Source: Dehalococcoidia bacterium (GTDB taxonomy: Bacteria > Chloroflexota > Dehalococcoidia > SM23-28-2 > RBG-16-64-32). From it: 64,000 nt of DNA. Below the pieces are notes generated by a model. The model saw only the letters and a list, made by a program, of their open reading frames with translations. It was not told where the DNA came from and did not search any database. Every line of letters starts with the position of its first letter. Within the stretch, counting starts at the first letter, position 1. A program made the position numbers and the translations under genes. Below are positions 18,936-28,034 of the stretch, piece by piece. The stretch is taken from the NCBI GenBank assembly GCA_040877915.1, contig JBBDNA010000006.1, positions 128,524 through 192,523 on the forward strand. The letters run 5' to 3'.

Positions 18936-20599
18936 GGCGCCACCATCCGCAGCTCGATGTCGTCCACGTCCCAGACGTCGTTCGCCGGGCTCATCGCCGT
19001 GCGGAACTCCACGAAGACGTGCTCCGAGTCGCCCGCGAGCGGCACGACGATATCGAACAGGTACCAGGGTGCAGCACTGCCCTGCATCCCCTCCGGCGTG
19101 GCGCCGGCCGACCCTTCCGGAGTCGCCGAGGCTGAGGGGTCGGGCAGGACAAGCTTGTACGCCTTCCAGTCCAGGCCGTCGTCGCTGAGGCGCACCAGGG
19201 GCTCGTCCCCGGCCTCCAGCCCGTCGAAGCGGGCGCGGAAGCGGAGGTGCGTCTCATTGACCGGCTCGTCGGGGTCGAGGTCAATCCAGCGCATGGCGAT
19301 ACCGGTGGCGGCCATGTCCAGGAAGTAGGACTGCGAGTCCGGCGCGGTCTCCGTCAGCGCCAGCGACGAGGCCCACCAGGGCGTGGCCCAGCCTGCGCCG
19401 CCCTCGCCGTTGCCCGTTTCGAAATCTTCCTGCGCCAGGGTGACCATCGGCACCGGAGTCGGCGTCGGCCCCACTGTGGGAGTGGCGCTGGGCACCGGCG
19501 TCACCGGCAGCGGCGTCGGCGTGGGCGTGGGCACGTAGCCGGCGGGCGTCGGAGTCGGCTGAGGGGGCTGGCTCGTGCCGGCAGCACCGGCGCTCCCCGC
19601 CGGCGACACCGGCAGCGCGTCCTCGGCCAGCACGTCGGCGGACGGGGCATCCTCCTGCAGCGGCACGTAGTCGGGCATCGGCTCGTGACCCAGGAGCTGG
19701 GGCACCGTCACCATCATCAGGTTCTTTTCCTCCAGCCCCTGGATGATCTCCTCCAGCACCGAGGCCTCCGTCGGGTTGTCCGTGTGGTAGAGGTAGATTG
19801 CGCCGGGACGGGCGTTGGAGAACGTCACGGACTTCACGTACTTGGCGCCGCTACCATCCCAGCCCAGCCCGTCGACGGTCCAGAGCACGTTATAGTCGTA
19901 CCCTTGCGCCTTGGCGATTCGGTTCACCCTGCTGTCGTAGTCGCCGTAGGGGGGGCGGAAGTACGGCATCGTGCTTACGCCGGCGATCTCCTGGATCTTT
20001 TCCTCAGTCCTCGCCAGCTGATCGACGATGTCCTCCGCGCTGAGCGGCTCCGTCTCCGTATCCTCGCCCGTGAACGAGGGATGGCTCCAGGAGTGGTTGA
20101 TGACGGCATGGCCCTCGTCCACGATGCGCTTGAGCAGGCTCGGATTCGTGACCGCCCACTCGCCGGTGACGCCGAAGGTCGCGTAGCGGTTGTATTTCTT
20201 GAGCAGGTCCAGGACCTGGGGCACCTTGCCCGGCGCGACCCCGGTGTCGAACGTCACACCCACGGCCAGAGCCGTGCCGGGCCCCGCGTAGACCACCTGC
20301 GCCTCGTCCCGCGACGGCACGATCACGCCCAGCGACGTCGCCGGCGGGTACTTCATGGCGTCCGGCGTCTCATCGGCGCTCTCAATCCGCTCGGGCTCGG
20401 CCGAGGTTCCGGGCGACGGCGCGATGCCAGAACGCGCCGCGGCCAGCACGACGGCCAGCACGGCCACGCCCAGCCCGGACCAGACCAGCCAGCGCTTGCT
20501 GTTCGGACGCCTCAGCCGCTCTCGCAGAGGAACGTTCAGCTCGCTCTTGAGCCGCTCGGCCAGCCGCCGCAGCCACTCGGCGCCAGGACCGGCGTTCAC
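18932..20599 (-). CDS. Membrane-anchored polysaccharide deacetylase (NodB/CE4) with Pro/Thr linker and C-terminal beta-rich domain
   Basis: N-terminal TM helix; TFDTG, HSWSHP, FRPPYG, WTVD..GW, IYLYH motifs; (PT)n linker. Confidence 0.85.
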   Translation of the reverse strand: MNAGPGAEWLRRLAERLKSELNVPLRERLRRPNSKRWLVWSGLGVAVLAVVLAAARSGIAPSPGTSAEPERIESADETPDAMKYPPATSLGVIVPSRDEAQVVYAGPGTALAVGVTFDTGVAPGKVPQVLDLLKKYNRYATFGVTGEWAVTNPSLLKRIVDEGHAVINHSWSHPSFTGEDTETEPLSAEDIVDQLARTEEKIQEIAGVSTMPYFRPPYGDYDSRVNRIAKAQGYDYNVLWTVDGLGWDGSGAKYVKSVTFSNARPGAIYLYHTDNPTEASVLEEIIQGLEEKNLMMVTVPQLLGHEPMPDYVPLQEDAPSADVLAEDALPVSPAGSAGAAGTSQPPQPTPTPAGYVPTPTPTPLPVTPVPSATPTVGPTPTPVPMVTLAQEDFETGNGEGGAGWATPWWASSLALTETAPDSQSYFLDMAATGIAMRWIDLDPDEPVNETHLRFRARFDGLEAGDEPLVRLSDDGLDWKAYKLVLPDPSASATPEGSAGATPEGMQGSAAPWYLFDIVVPLAGDSEHVFVEFRTAMSPANDVWDVDDIELRMVAP

Positions 20600-21387
20600 T
20601 TCGCCGCCCCCTCCGCGAACAGCGGCAGGTCTCGCATGGCCGATATCGCCTCGATCGTGTAGTCCGGTTGCGGTCCGCCCTCGACCTCTGGCGGGTCGGC
20701 CGAAGCCTCCACCGGCTCGTCCAGGGGCGGCCGGCGCCAGATCGTCGTCATTCCCAGCGCCCTGGCGCCCTCGACGTCGGCGCGGACGTTATCGCCGACC
20801 ATCGCCGTCGCGGCCGGGTCCAGCGACATGTCGGCCAGCGCCCGCTCGTAGATCTTCGGGTGCGGCTTCATATATCCAACGTCGCAGGAAAGCACGACCG
20901 TCTCGAACAGCTCCGCGAGGCCCAGTTCCTCCATCTCTTCGTGGAAGCGGGGGCCGCCGTAGCCGCGGTTGGTCACCGAACCCAGCCGGAAACCGCGCGA
21001 CTTCAGCCAGCGCAGCGTGTCCAGCACGTCCGGGAACAGTGTCCGGCCCAGGAACTTGCCGCCCAGGTTCCACGCCTCCCACAGCTCCTCGCCCTGCTCC
21101 GGCGTCAGGTCCAGCCCATGCTGCGCCGCCACGCGACGGCACATCTGCGGGTAGCCGGGGTCCACACAGTCGCCGTGGAACGCCCTCGACGTCTCATCCT
21201 GCACGGCCAACCGTATGTCACGGCCCAAAAAGCGGCGCTCGTTCGTCACCTCTTCGCCCCAGCGCTCAAGCAGCCGCGAGAGGCGCGAGACGGTAGCGTT
21301 GCGGATGTCTGTGACCGGGGGCATACTGGGGAAATGCCACAGCGTGTCGCCCAGGTCAAACAAGACGGCCGTTATGTCTATGGTCAT
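20596..21387 (-). CDS. HAD-superfamily hydrolase
   Basis: LFDLGDTL motif I, SVTN, KPHP, MVGDN..ADV.GA. Confidence 0.9.
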   Translation of the reverse strand: MTIDITAVLFDLGDTLWHFPSMPPVTDIRNATVSRLSRLLERWGEEVTNERRFLGRDIRLAVQDETSRAFHGDCVDPGYPQMCRRVAAQHGLDLTPEQGEELWEAWNLGGKFLGRTLFPDVLDTLRWLKSRGFRLGSVTNRGYGGPRFHEEMEELGLAELFETVVLSCDVGYMKPHPKIYERALADMSLDPAATAMVGDNVRADVEGARALGMTTIWRRPPLDEPVEASADPPEVEGGPQPDYTIEAISAMRDLPLFAEGAAK

Positions 21388-21791
21388 AGCTCTGCCGGAT
21401 CGAACCTTTCGATCTCCGGGACAGCATCGAAGCCGCGGTCGGCGCTGACTATGCCCTCCAGCCCCGCTTCAATCACGACCGCCGCGTGGAGAGCGTCTCG
21501 AGTCTGCAGCCTTGGATGTTGACGAAGCGTTTCGGCGGCAGCGACAACCATTGGCACAGTTATCCCCAGGGGGTCTGGGAACAGCGCCAGGGTGTGGTTC
21601 AGCACCCCCACACCAAGCTCGACGCGACCGCGCCTCTGGTAGTAGTGGAGTATCTCTTGCAGGACTTCCACGTCTGTGTTCGCCTCGATGGCCCCTTCCC
21701 GAACCAGACGCAACAGGCGCAGGCTCGGTTCCTTATACGGATGCTCATCTCCAGCCGCGTAGATCAGAACGTTGGCGTCAACCAGCTTCAA
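21384..21791 (-). CDS. vapC: PIN-domain toxin (VapC family)
   Basis: LVDANVLIY, VLQEILH, RDALHAA, SADRGFD: conserved acidic PIN residues. Confidence 0.9.
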   Translation of the reverse strand: MKLVDANVLIYAAGDEHPYKEPSLRLLRLVREGAIEANTDVEVLQEILHYYQRRGRVELGVGVLNHTLALFPDPLGITVPMVVAAAETLRQHPRLQTRDALHAAVVIEAGLEGIVSADRGFDAVPEIERFDPAEL

Positions 21792-22044
21792 GGCTTTTCT
21801 CTATACCCTCGTCGATCGCGCGCAGAATATCCTCCTTGATCTCCTCCGGCGAGCCCACCGGGCCGCGTTGTGCGGCGAACCACTCCAGCGCTTCCCCGCG
21901 CTCTTGATCCGTCGGCTGCAAGACGTACTTTGCCACCGCCTCCCGGACCATTGAGCCCACCGACCGCTTCTTCGTCTGGGCCAGCTCTTCCAGCCGCCGG
22001 TACTCCGACGCATCGAACAGGATTTCCACTCGTTTCTTCAGCAT
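21778..22044 (-). CDS. Ribbon-helix-helix (CopG-like) antitoxin
   Basis: KRVEILFD..EYRRLEELA..KKRSVGSMVREAV; overlaps the downstream PIN toxin by 14 bp. Confidence 0.8.
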   Translation of the reverse strand: MLKKRVEILFDASEYRRLEELAQTKKRSVGSMVREAVAKYVLQPTDQERGEALEWFAAQRGPVGSPEEIKEDILRAIDEGIEKSLEAG

Positions 22045-22054
22045 GGCGCGAACC

Positions 22055-22070
22055 TCCGTATGCCTACGGA
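22055..22070. promoter_or_regulatory. Putative TA autoregulatory operator
   Basis: Inverted repeat TCCGTA-TGCC-TACGGA between a minus-strand TAGACT -10 (22077-72, overlapping the argG stop) and the antitoxin GGAGG RBS. Confidence 0.55.
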
Positions 22071-22074
22071 TAGT

Positions 22075-23292
22075 CTACCCACGCTCCGCTGCTCCGTCAA
22101 CCCCGCCCTGCGCCTGGGACTGCACCCGCACGGGCAAGCCCCAGATGTGGATGAACCCCTCGGCGGCCTTGCTGTCGAACTGGTCCTCCCTGTCGTACGT
22201 GGCCAGCGAGAAGTCATACAGGCTTCGCGGCGACTTCCGCCCCACGACCGTGGCCGTGCCCTTGTGCAGCTTCACGCGCACCGTTCCAGTCACGTGCCTC
22301 TGCGTCGACTGCACGTAGGCCGCCAGGTCCTGGTGGTGGGCCGAGAACCACAGCCCGTCGTACACCAGCTGGGCGAACTCCCGCGCCACGCCCGCCTTGT
22401 GCCGCCGCTGCTCCTTCGATAGCGTCAGCTGCTCCAGCGCCTCGTGCGCGGTCAGAAGCGTCACCGCCGCCGGCGCCTCGTATACCTCCCGCGACTTTAT
22501 ACCCACCAGCCGGTCCTCTACCATGTCGATCCGGCCGACCCCGTGCCCGCCCGCCAGCTCGTTCAGCCGCTCGACCAGCTGCACCGGCGCCAGCGAGCGG
22601 CCGTCCAGGCTCGTCGGCAGCCCCTGCTGGAAATCGATCTCCACGTATCCGGCCTCGTCCGGCGCGTCCGCCGGGGCGGCCGTCCACTCGTACACCTCGG
22701 ACGGCGGCTCCTGCCAGGGGTCCTCGAGAACCCCGCACTCGATGGCGCGGCCCCACAGGTTCTCGTCGATCGAATAGGGGCTGTCCCGGGTCACCGGCAC
22801 CGGTATCGAGTGCTCCTGGGCGTAGGCGATCTCCGCCTCGCGGTCCATGTCCCAGTCGCGCACCGGCGCCACGATGCGCAGGTCCGGCGCCAGCGCCTGC
22901 ACCGACACGTCGATGCGCACCTGGTCGTTCCCCTTGCCGGTGCAGCCGTGGCCGATCGCCGTCGCTCCTTCGGCCCGCGCGACTTCGACCAGCTCCCGCG
23001 CGATCAGCGGCCGCGATAGCGCGGTGGCCAACGGGTACTGCCCCTGGTAGCGGGCGCCCGCGGCCAGCGCCGGGAAGGCGAAGTGCCGCACGAACGTCTC
23101 CTGCGCCTCGCGCCACACAAACTTCGACGCGCCGGCAGCCAGCGCCCGCGATTGCGCCTCCTCGCGGTCGCGCTGCATGCCGACATCGACGGTCAGCGCC
23201 ACGACGTCGTAGCCGCGCTCCTCCTGGAGCCAGCGGACGGCGACGGACGTGTCCAGCCCGCCGGAGTAGGCCAGCACGACCTTCTCAGCCAT
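22075..23292 (-). CDS. argG: Argininosuccinate synthase
   Basis: VVLAYSGGLDTS, YPLATALSRPLI, HGCTGKGNDQVR, YSIDENLWGR, GIKSREVYEAP. Confidence 0.97.
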   Translation of the reverse strand: MAEKVVLAYSGGLDTSVAVRWLQEERGYDVVALTVDVGMQRDREEAQSRALAAGASKFVWREAQETFVRHFAFPALAAGARYQGQYPLATALSRPLIARELVEVARAEGATAIGHGCTGKGNDQVRIDVSVQALAPDLRIVAPVRDWDMDREAEIAYAQEHSIPVPVTRDSPYSIDENLWGRAIECGVLEDPWQEPPSEVYEWTAAPADAPDEAGYVEIDFQQGLPTSLDGRSLAPVQLVERLNELAGGHGVGRIDMVEDRLVGIKSREVYEAPAAVTLLTAHEALEQLTLSKEQRRHKAGVAREFAQLVYDGLWFSAHHQDLAAYVQSTQRHVTGTVRVKLHKGTATVVGRKSPRSLYDFSLATYDREDQFDSKAAEGFIHIWGLPVRVQSQAQGGVDGAAERG

Positions 23293-23301
23293 GGGCCGTC
23301 C

Positions 23302-24504
23302 TCACTTCGAGCCGCCGGCCTCGATGCGGCCCAGGACGTGGTCGACGATGTCTACCGCCCGGTCCAGGTCTTCCTCGCTGATCGTCAGCGGCGGCATCAG
23401 CCGCAGCGCGTTCGGCTTCACGTTATTCGCCAGCAGCCCCTCCGAGAGGCAGAGCTGCACCGCCTCCTCCGCCGCGTCCCGGTCCAGCTCGATGGCCCAC
23501 AGCAACCCCTTTCCGCGCGTCCCCTTGACCATCGGGTGCTTGTCGGCCAGCGACCGCAGCCGCCGCGCCAGGTGCTCGCCCTTGCGCGCGACCTGCGCCG
23601 GCAGGTCCGTATCGACCATGTGCTTGAGCACTGTGTAGCCGACGTGCGTGGCCAGCGGATTGCCGCCGAAGGTCGTTCCGTGCTCGCCGAGCGACAGCGC
23701 CGAGCAGTGGTCCTTGACCAGGAAGGCGCCGATGGGGAAGCCACCGCCCAGCCCCTTGGCCACCGCCATCACGTCCACCTCGATCCCCCACAGCTCGTGC
23801 GCGAACAGCGCCCCCGCCCGACCCATCCCCGACTGCACCTCGTCGGCGATGAGCAGGATCCCGGCCTCGTCGCACCAGGCGCGAACGGCGGGCAAGTAAT
23901 CGTCGTCGGGGACGTTTACGCCGCCCTCGCCCTGTATCGGCTCCAGCATCACGGCGACCGTCTTCGGCGTCGTCGCCTTCTTGATCGCCTCGATGTCGTT
24001 GAACGGGACGCGGACAAACCCCTCGAGCAGGGGCGTGAACGGCGCGCGGTAGCGCTCGGTCGCAGTCGCCGTCAGCGCACCCATCGTGCGGCCGTGGAAC
24101 GCGTCCTCGGCGACGATGATCTCGTAGGCGCCGTCGCGGTTCTCCTTGCCCCACTTGCGCGCGACCTTGATGCACCCCTCGATGGCCTCGGCGCCGCTGT
24201 TGCAGAAGTACGCCTTGTCCATCCCCGTGCTCTCGCACAGTAGCCGCGCCAGCTTCAGCTGAGCGGGGATGTAGAAGTAATTCGACACGTGCATCAGCGT
24301 CGCGGCCTGCTCCTGCACGGCCTTCACGACCTCCGGGTGGCAGTGGCCCAGGCTCACCGACGCTATCCCGGCCACGCAGTCGAGGTACTCGCGGCCGTCC
24401 TCGTCCCAGACGCGGCTGCCCTCGCCACGAACGAGCGTGACGGGAATCCGCTTCCCCACACCGAGGACGTACTTGCGGTCGATTTCCGCCCAGTTCTCGC
24501 TCAT
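23302..24504 (-). CDS. argD: Acetylornithine aminotransferase
   Basis: GIASVSLGH, FCNSGAEA, FHGRTMGAL, EPIQGEGG, DEVQSG, AKGLGGG; inside the arg cluster. Confidence 0.92.
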   Translation of the reverse strand: MSENWAEIDRKYVLGVGKRIPVTLVRGEGSRVWDEDGREYLDCVAGIASVSLGHCHPEVVKAVQEQAATLMHVSNYFYIPAQLKLARLLCESTGMDKAYFCNSGAEAIEGCIKVARKWGKENRDGAYEIIVAEDAFHGRTMGALTATATERYRAPFTPLLEGFVRVPFNDIEAIKKATTPKTVAVMLEPIQGEGGVNVPDDDYLPAVRAWCDEAGILLIADEVQSGMGRAGALFAHELWGIEVDVMAVAKGLGGGFPIGAFLVKDHCSALSLGEHGTTFGGNPLATHVGYTVLKHMVDTDLPAQVARKGEHLARRLRSLADKHPMVKGTRGKGLLWAIELDRDAAEEAVQLCLSEGLLANNVKPNALRLMPPLTISEEDLDRAVDIVDHVLGRIEAGGSK

Positions 24505-24514
24505 CTTGCTCCGT

Positions 24515-25288
24515 TCATCCTACCACTGTACCCTTGCCCCGTTCGATGGCCGCCAGCAGCGCCCCCTCGGCCCGGCCGTCGGTGATAACGCTGCCGCAAC
24601 CGGCCCCGGCCGCCCGCAGACAAGCCTCCACCTTCGGGAGCATGCCGCCCTGTATGACGCCCGACCCCGTCAGCTCTTCCGCCCTCTCAGCCGAGAGCGC
24701 CTGGAGCGTCTCGCCGTCCTCGCCGCGGATGCCCGGCACGTCCGTGAGGAACACCAGCGAGCTCGCCCGCAGCGCCGCCGCGATGGCCCCTGCCGCCGTG
24801 TCCGCGTTCACGTTCAGCAGCTGCCCCGTGGGCGACTCCTCCTCCCACTCCAGCGCAATCGGCGCCACCACCGGCACGATCCCGTCCTCCAGCAGGTCCA
24901 GCAGCGGCCGCGTGTCCACGTCCGCCACCTCGCCGACGTACCCGAGCGTTTCGTCCGCCCGCCAGGCCTTGAGCAGGCCGCCGTCGGCGCCGGAAACGCC
25001 CGCCGCCCGCCCGCCCACGGCCGCCAGCGCCGCCACTAGCTGCTTGTTGACCAGCCCCGCCAGCACGGCGACGACGACCTCCAGCGTCGCCGCGTCCGTC
25101 ACCCGCAGCCCCCGCTCGAACCGCGCCTCCACGCCGAGCCGCGCCAGCCAATCGCTGATCAGCGCCCCGCCGCCGTGCACGACGACGGGCCGCAGCCCCC
25201 GCCGCTGCAGCGCCACGACGTCCAGCAGCGTGGTGTCGTGCGCCCCCAGCGTGGAGCCCCCGATCTTCGCGACTACGATCTGGCTCAT
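24515..25288 (-). CDS. argB: Acetylglutamate kinase
   Basis: VAKIGGS, VVHGGG, GLRVTD, NVNADTAA, GGMLPK. Confidence 0.95.
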   Translation of the reverse strand: MSQIVVAKIGGSTLGAHDTTLLDVVALQRRGLRPVVVHGGGALISDWLARLGVEARFERGLRVTDAATLEVVVAVLAGLVNKQLVAALAAVGGRAAGVSGADGGLLKAWRADETLGYVGEVADVDTRPLLDLLEDGIVPVVAPIALEWEEESPTGQLLNVNADTAAGAIAAALRASSLVFLTDVPGIRGEDGETLQALSAERAEELTGSGVIQGGMLPKVEACLRAAGAGCGSVITDGRAEGALLAAIERGKGTVVG

Positions 25289-25293
25289 TCCCC

Positions 25294-25321
25294 TGTCCAC
25301 TGTCCACTATCCACTATCCAC
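25294..25321. repeat. Heptamer tandem repeat (TGTCCAC)2(TATCCAC)2
   Basis: Four 7-nt units fill most of the argJ-argB gap. Confidence 0.8.
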
Positions 25322-25329
25322 TCGCCCGA

Positions 25330-26547
25330 TCACGTCGTGTACAGGCTGTTGAGCCGTACGTACTCTTCCGTGATGTCCGAGCCCCAGGCGGTGGCGGTGT
25401 GCTCGCCGAGGCCCAGGTCCACCAGGAAGCGCACCTCCCGCGCCTCGAAGTAGGGCTTGGCCGCGCCCTTCGCCAGCTCCTGCGGAGCGCCGTGCTTCAT
25501 CAGGCACAGGGCGTGACCCTCCGCGTCGATGAGCGACAGGTCGGTCCTGGCCTGCTCCACCCGGCAGCTGGAGTTGCCGACCGCCGCCAGCACGCGGCCC
25601 CAGTTGGGGTCGTGGCCGTAAACCGCCGTCTTCACCGCCATCGACCGCACGATCTCGCGGGCGGCCGCGCGCGCCCCCTCGACGGAGGGCGCTCCGACGA
25701 CGTTCGCCACGATGACCTTGGTGGCGCCCTCGGCGTCGGCGACGATGGACTTGGCCAGCTCCGTGCAAACGTGCGTCAGCGCCGAGGCGAACGCCGGCGC
25801 CAGCGGATGCTTCTCGTCGATCTCGTCGCCACCGGCGACACCGTTGGCCAGCGCCACCACCGTATCGTTCGTGCTGGTGTCGCTGTCCACGTCGATCATG
25901 TTGAAGGACACGGCCACGGCCTCCTTCAACGCGCTCGAGAGGAACGGCTGCGATACCGGGGCGTCGGTGGTCAGGAAGGCCAGCATCGTCGCCATGTTGG
26001 GGTGGATCATCCCCGCCCCCTTGCAGGCCCCGCCCAGCGTGTAATCGCCAAACCGCACCGCGAGCTGCTTGGGCCGCGTGTCCGTGGTCATGATCCCCTG
26101 CGCGAACGACAGCCCGGCCCCGTCCGAAAGCTCGATCGCCTCCACGGCGTGGCGCATGCGCTCCATGTTCAGGTACGTCCCGATCACCCCCGTCGACGCG
26201 ACGACGACGTCGTGGGGATCGATGCCCAGCCTGGCCGCCGCCAGTCGCGCCATCTCCACGGCGTCGTCCATCCCCCGCTCGCCAGTCGCCGCGTTGGCGC
26301 AGCCGCTGTTGGCCAGGACGGCCTGCGCCCTCCCGTCCGACAGGTGCTTGCGGGTGATAACAATCGGCGCCGCCACGACGCTGCACTGGGTATACATCGC
26401 CGCCGCCGCGCAGGGCACGTCCGAGTACAGCATCGCCACGTCCAGCTTGTCCCAGTCGTCCCGCATCTTCGCGCGCACCGCCCCGGCGACGAACCCCTTA
26501 GCGCTGGTCACGCCGCCGCCTTCGATGGTCATTATCTTGTCGCTCAT
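25330..26547 (-). CDS. argJ: Ornithine acetyltransferase / amino-acid acetyltransferase ArgJ
   Basis: NSGCANAATG, ASTGVIG, IMTTDT, KGAGMIHPNMATML, DTSTND, DAEGATK, DPNWGR. Confidence 0.96.
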   Translation of the reverse strand: MSDKIMTIEGGGVTSAKGFVAGAVRAKMRDDWDKLDVAMLYSDVPCAAAAMYTQCSVVAAPIVITRKHLSDGRAQAVLANSGCANAATGERGMDDAVEMARLAAARLGIDPHDVVVASTGVIGTYLNMERMRHAVEAIELSDGAGLSFAQGIMTTDTRPKQLAVRFGDYTLGGACKGAGMIHPNMATMLAFLTTDAPVSQPFLSSALKEAVAVSFNMIDVDSDTSTNDTVVALANGVAGGDEIDEKHPLAPAFASALTHVCTELAKSIVADAEGATKVIVANVVGAPSVEGARAAAREIVRSMAVKTAVYGHDPNWGRVLAAVGNSSCRVEQARTDLSLIDAEGHALCLMKHGAPQELAKGAAKPYFEAREVRFLVDLGLGEHTATAWGSDITEEYVRLNSLYTT

Positions 26548-26578
26548 TGCCGCTTCCGAACCCACTTTCCGAACCCTC

Positions 26579-27619
26579 CTAGGGATAGACACCCGGGACA
26601 TCGAGGCCGGTCGTTTCCGGCAGCCCCAGCATCGCGTTCATGTTCTGCAGCGCCTGACCGGCCGCGCCTTTCACCAGGTTGTCGAGGACGCTGACAACAA
26701 CCAGGCGCTCCGTACGCTCGTCCACCGTCGGGTGCACCAGGCAGACGTTGCTGCCGGAGACATGCTTCGTGGCCGGCGACGAACCGGCGACCCGCACGAA
26801 CGGCTCGCCGCGGTAGAAGTCGCGGTACAGCTCGAGGGCGTCGTCGCCGCTTCGTACCGTTCCCGCCAGGAGCGGCGCGTAGCAGGTGGAGAGGATGCCC
26901 CGCGACATCGGCACCAGGTGCGGCGTGAACGTGACCTTCGGTCGCGGCGGCTCCGGCGCCTCCGCCTTCGCCCACATCGCCGACAGCTCTTGCACGATCT
27001 CCGGCAGGTGCCGGTGCCCCGACAGCGCGTACGCCGAGACGCTCTCGTTGGCCTCCGCGAAGTGGTAGGCCAGCCCCAGGCCGCGGCCCGCGCCCGACAG
27101 GCCGGACTTGGAGTCGATTATGACGTCCGTACCGATGATCCCGGCCTTGGCCGCCGGGGCCAGGGCCAGCAGCGCGCTCTCCGGGAAGCAACCCGGGTTG
27201 GCGATGAGCCGCGACGCCTTCACCGCCTCGCGATTGAGCTCGGTCAGGCCGTACGCCGCCGAGGGCAGCAGGTCCGGGGCCGGGTGCTCGCCGCCGTACC
27301 ACTCGGCGTACTCGGCGGCGTCCCGCAGACGGAAGTCCGCGCTTATGTCGACCACCGGCAGACCGGCGCGGGCCAGGGGCGCGACGGCCTCAGCGCTGGC
27401 GGCGTGGGGCAACGCTGAGAACGCGAAGTCGACGTCGCCCAGCTCCTCGCCGATGGTCAGCTCGTAGGCGGCGAGGTGGGGGAAGACGTCGGCCAGCGGT
27501 TGGCCAGCGGCGCTGCGGCCGGTGACGCTGGTCAGTCGCGCTTCAGGGTGGGCATAGAGCAGCCGCGCCAGCTCCGCGCCGGCGTAGCCCGTCACGTTGA
27601 TGATGCCTACCCTGACCAT
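26579..27619 (-). CDS. argC: N-acetyl-gamma-glutamyl-phosphate reductase
   Basis: GIINVTGYAG, DISADFRL, ANPGCF, SGLSGAGR, HRHLPEI, DNLVKGAAGQA. Confidence 0.96.
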   Translation of the reverse strand: MVRVGIINVTGYAGAELARLLYAHPEARLTSVTGRSAAGQPLADVFPHLAAYELTIGEELGDVDFAFSALPHAASAEAVAPLARAGLPVVDISADFRLRDAAEYAEWYGGEHPAPDLLPSAAYGLTELNREAVKASRLIANPGCFPESALLALAPAAKAGIIGTDVIIDSKSGLSGAGRGLGLAYHFAEANESVSAYALSGHRHLPEIVQELSAMWAKAEAPEPPRPKVTFTPHLVPMSRGILSTCYAPLLAGTVRSGDDALELYRDFYRGEPFVRVAGSSPATKHVSGSNVCLVHPTVDERTERLVVVSVLDNLVKGAAGQALQNMNAMLGLPETTGLDVPGVYP

Positions 27620-27637
27620 TTCGCTCCTCCGAGAACT

Positions 27638-27667
27638 AAAACGCCCCACCGCTGATAGCGGTGGGGC
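27638..27667 (-). terminator. Intrinsic terminator in the argC leader (attenuator)
   Basis: Minus strand GCCCCACCGCT-ATC-AGCGGTGGGGC-GTTTTAGTT: perfect 11-bp stem plus U-tract, about 20 nt before the argC start. Confidence 0.85.
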
Positions 27668-27697
27668 TTCCGGCTCTGTGCTGCTTGTTTTCGGTTG

Positions 27698-27781
27698 CTA
27701 ACGACTGTCCGCGGGCACAGGGAACCCACCGCCGAAGGGACGTCGCGGTCGCGGCTGGGCCTCGATGTGCAGCGCGGTCAT
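27698..27781 (-). CDS. Putative arg operon leader peptide MTALHIEAQPRPRRPFGGGFPVPADSR
   Basis: 84-nt ORF read by hand; Arg codons CGA,CGA,CGT at codons 11,13,14 and CGT at 27; ATG lies 8 nt after a TATCCT -10. Confidence 0.7.
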   Translation of the reverse strand: MTALHIEAQPRPRRPFGGGFPVPADSR

Positions 27782-27789
27782 GATGGCTC

Positions 27790-27819
27790 AGGATACGGGC
27801 TGGCGGGCGTTGGTGTCAA
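27790..27819 (-). promoter_or_regulatory. Sigma70-type promoter of the arg operon
   Basis: Minus strand TTGACA (27819-14), N18, TATCCT (27795-90). Confidence 0.7.
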
Positions 27820-28034
27820 GGCTTCCGCCGCTCGTCATCCGAGAGGCGGGTCCGGATATGCCCTCCGATCCTGCCGCCGTACAGTACGAGGACGGCCAGC
27901 GAGACCGGCGCCAGCCAGCCGAGGTTCAGCCAGACCGCGTTGCCGGTCGCTATCGACATCGCGACGCCGGTCAGCAGCGAAGCGGGCACCAGCAGCAGCA
28001 ACGCGAGCACGAGGAGCTCTCGCAGCAGCGTCAC
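27816..28034 (-). CDS. Small two-TM membrane protein, unknown function
   Basis: 72 aa, two hydrophobic stretches, basic C-terminus; GTG overlaps the patatin stop. Confidence 0.6.
   Translation of the reverse strand: MTLLRELLVLALLLLVPASLLTGVAMSIATGNAVWLNLGWLAPVSLAVLVLYGGRIGGHIRTRLSDDERRKP

Noticed and set aside
27620-27790. T-box riboswitch for the arg operon
   Set aside because: GGTGG is present, but the T-box consensus GGTGGNACC is not (GGTGGGTTCC), and the leader is too short for a Stem I/specifier loop; the uORF model fits better.
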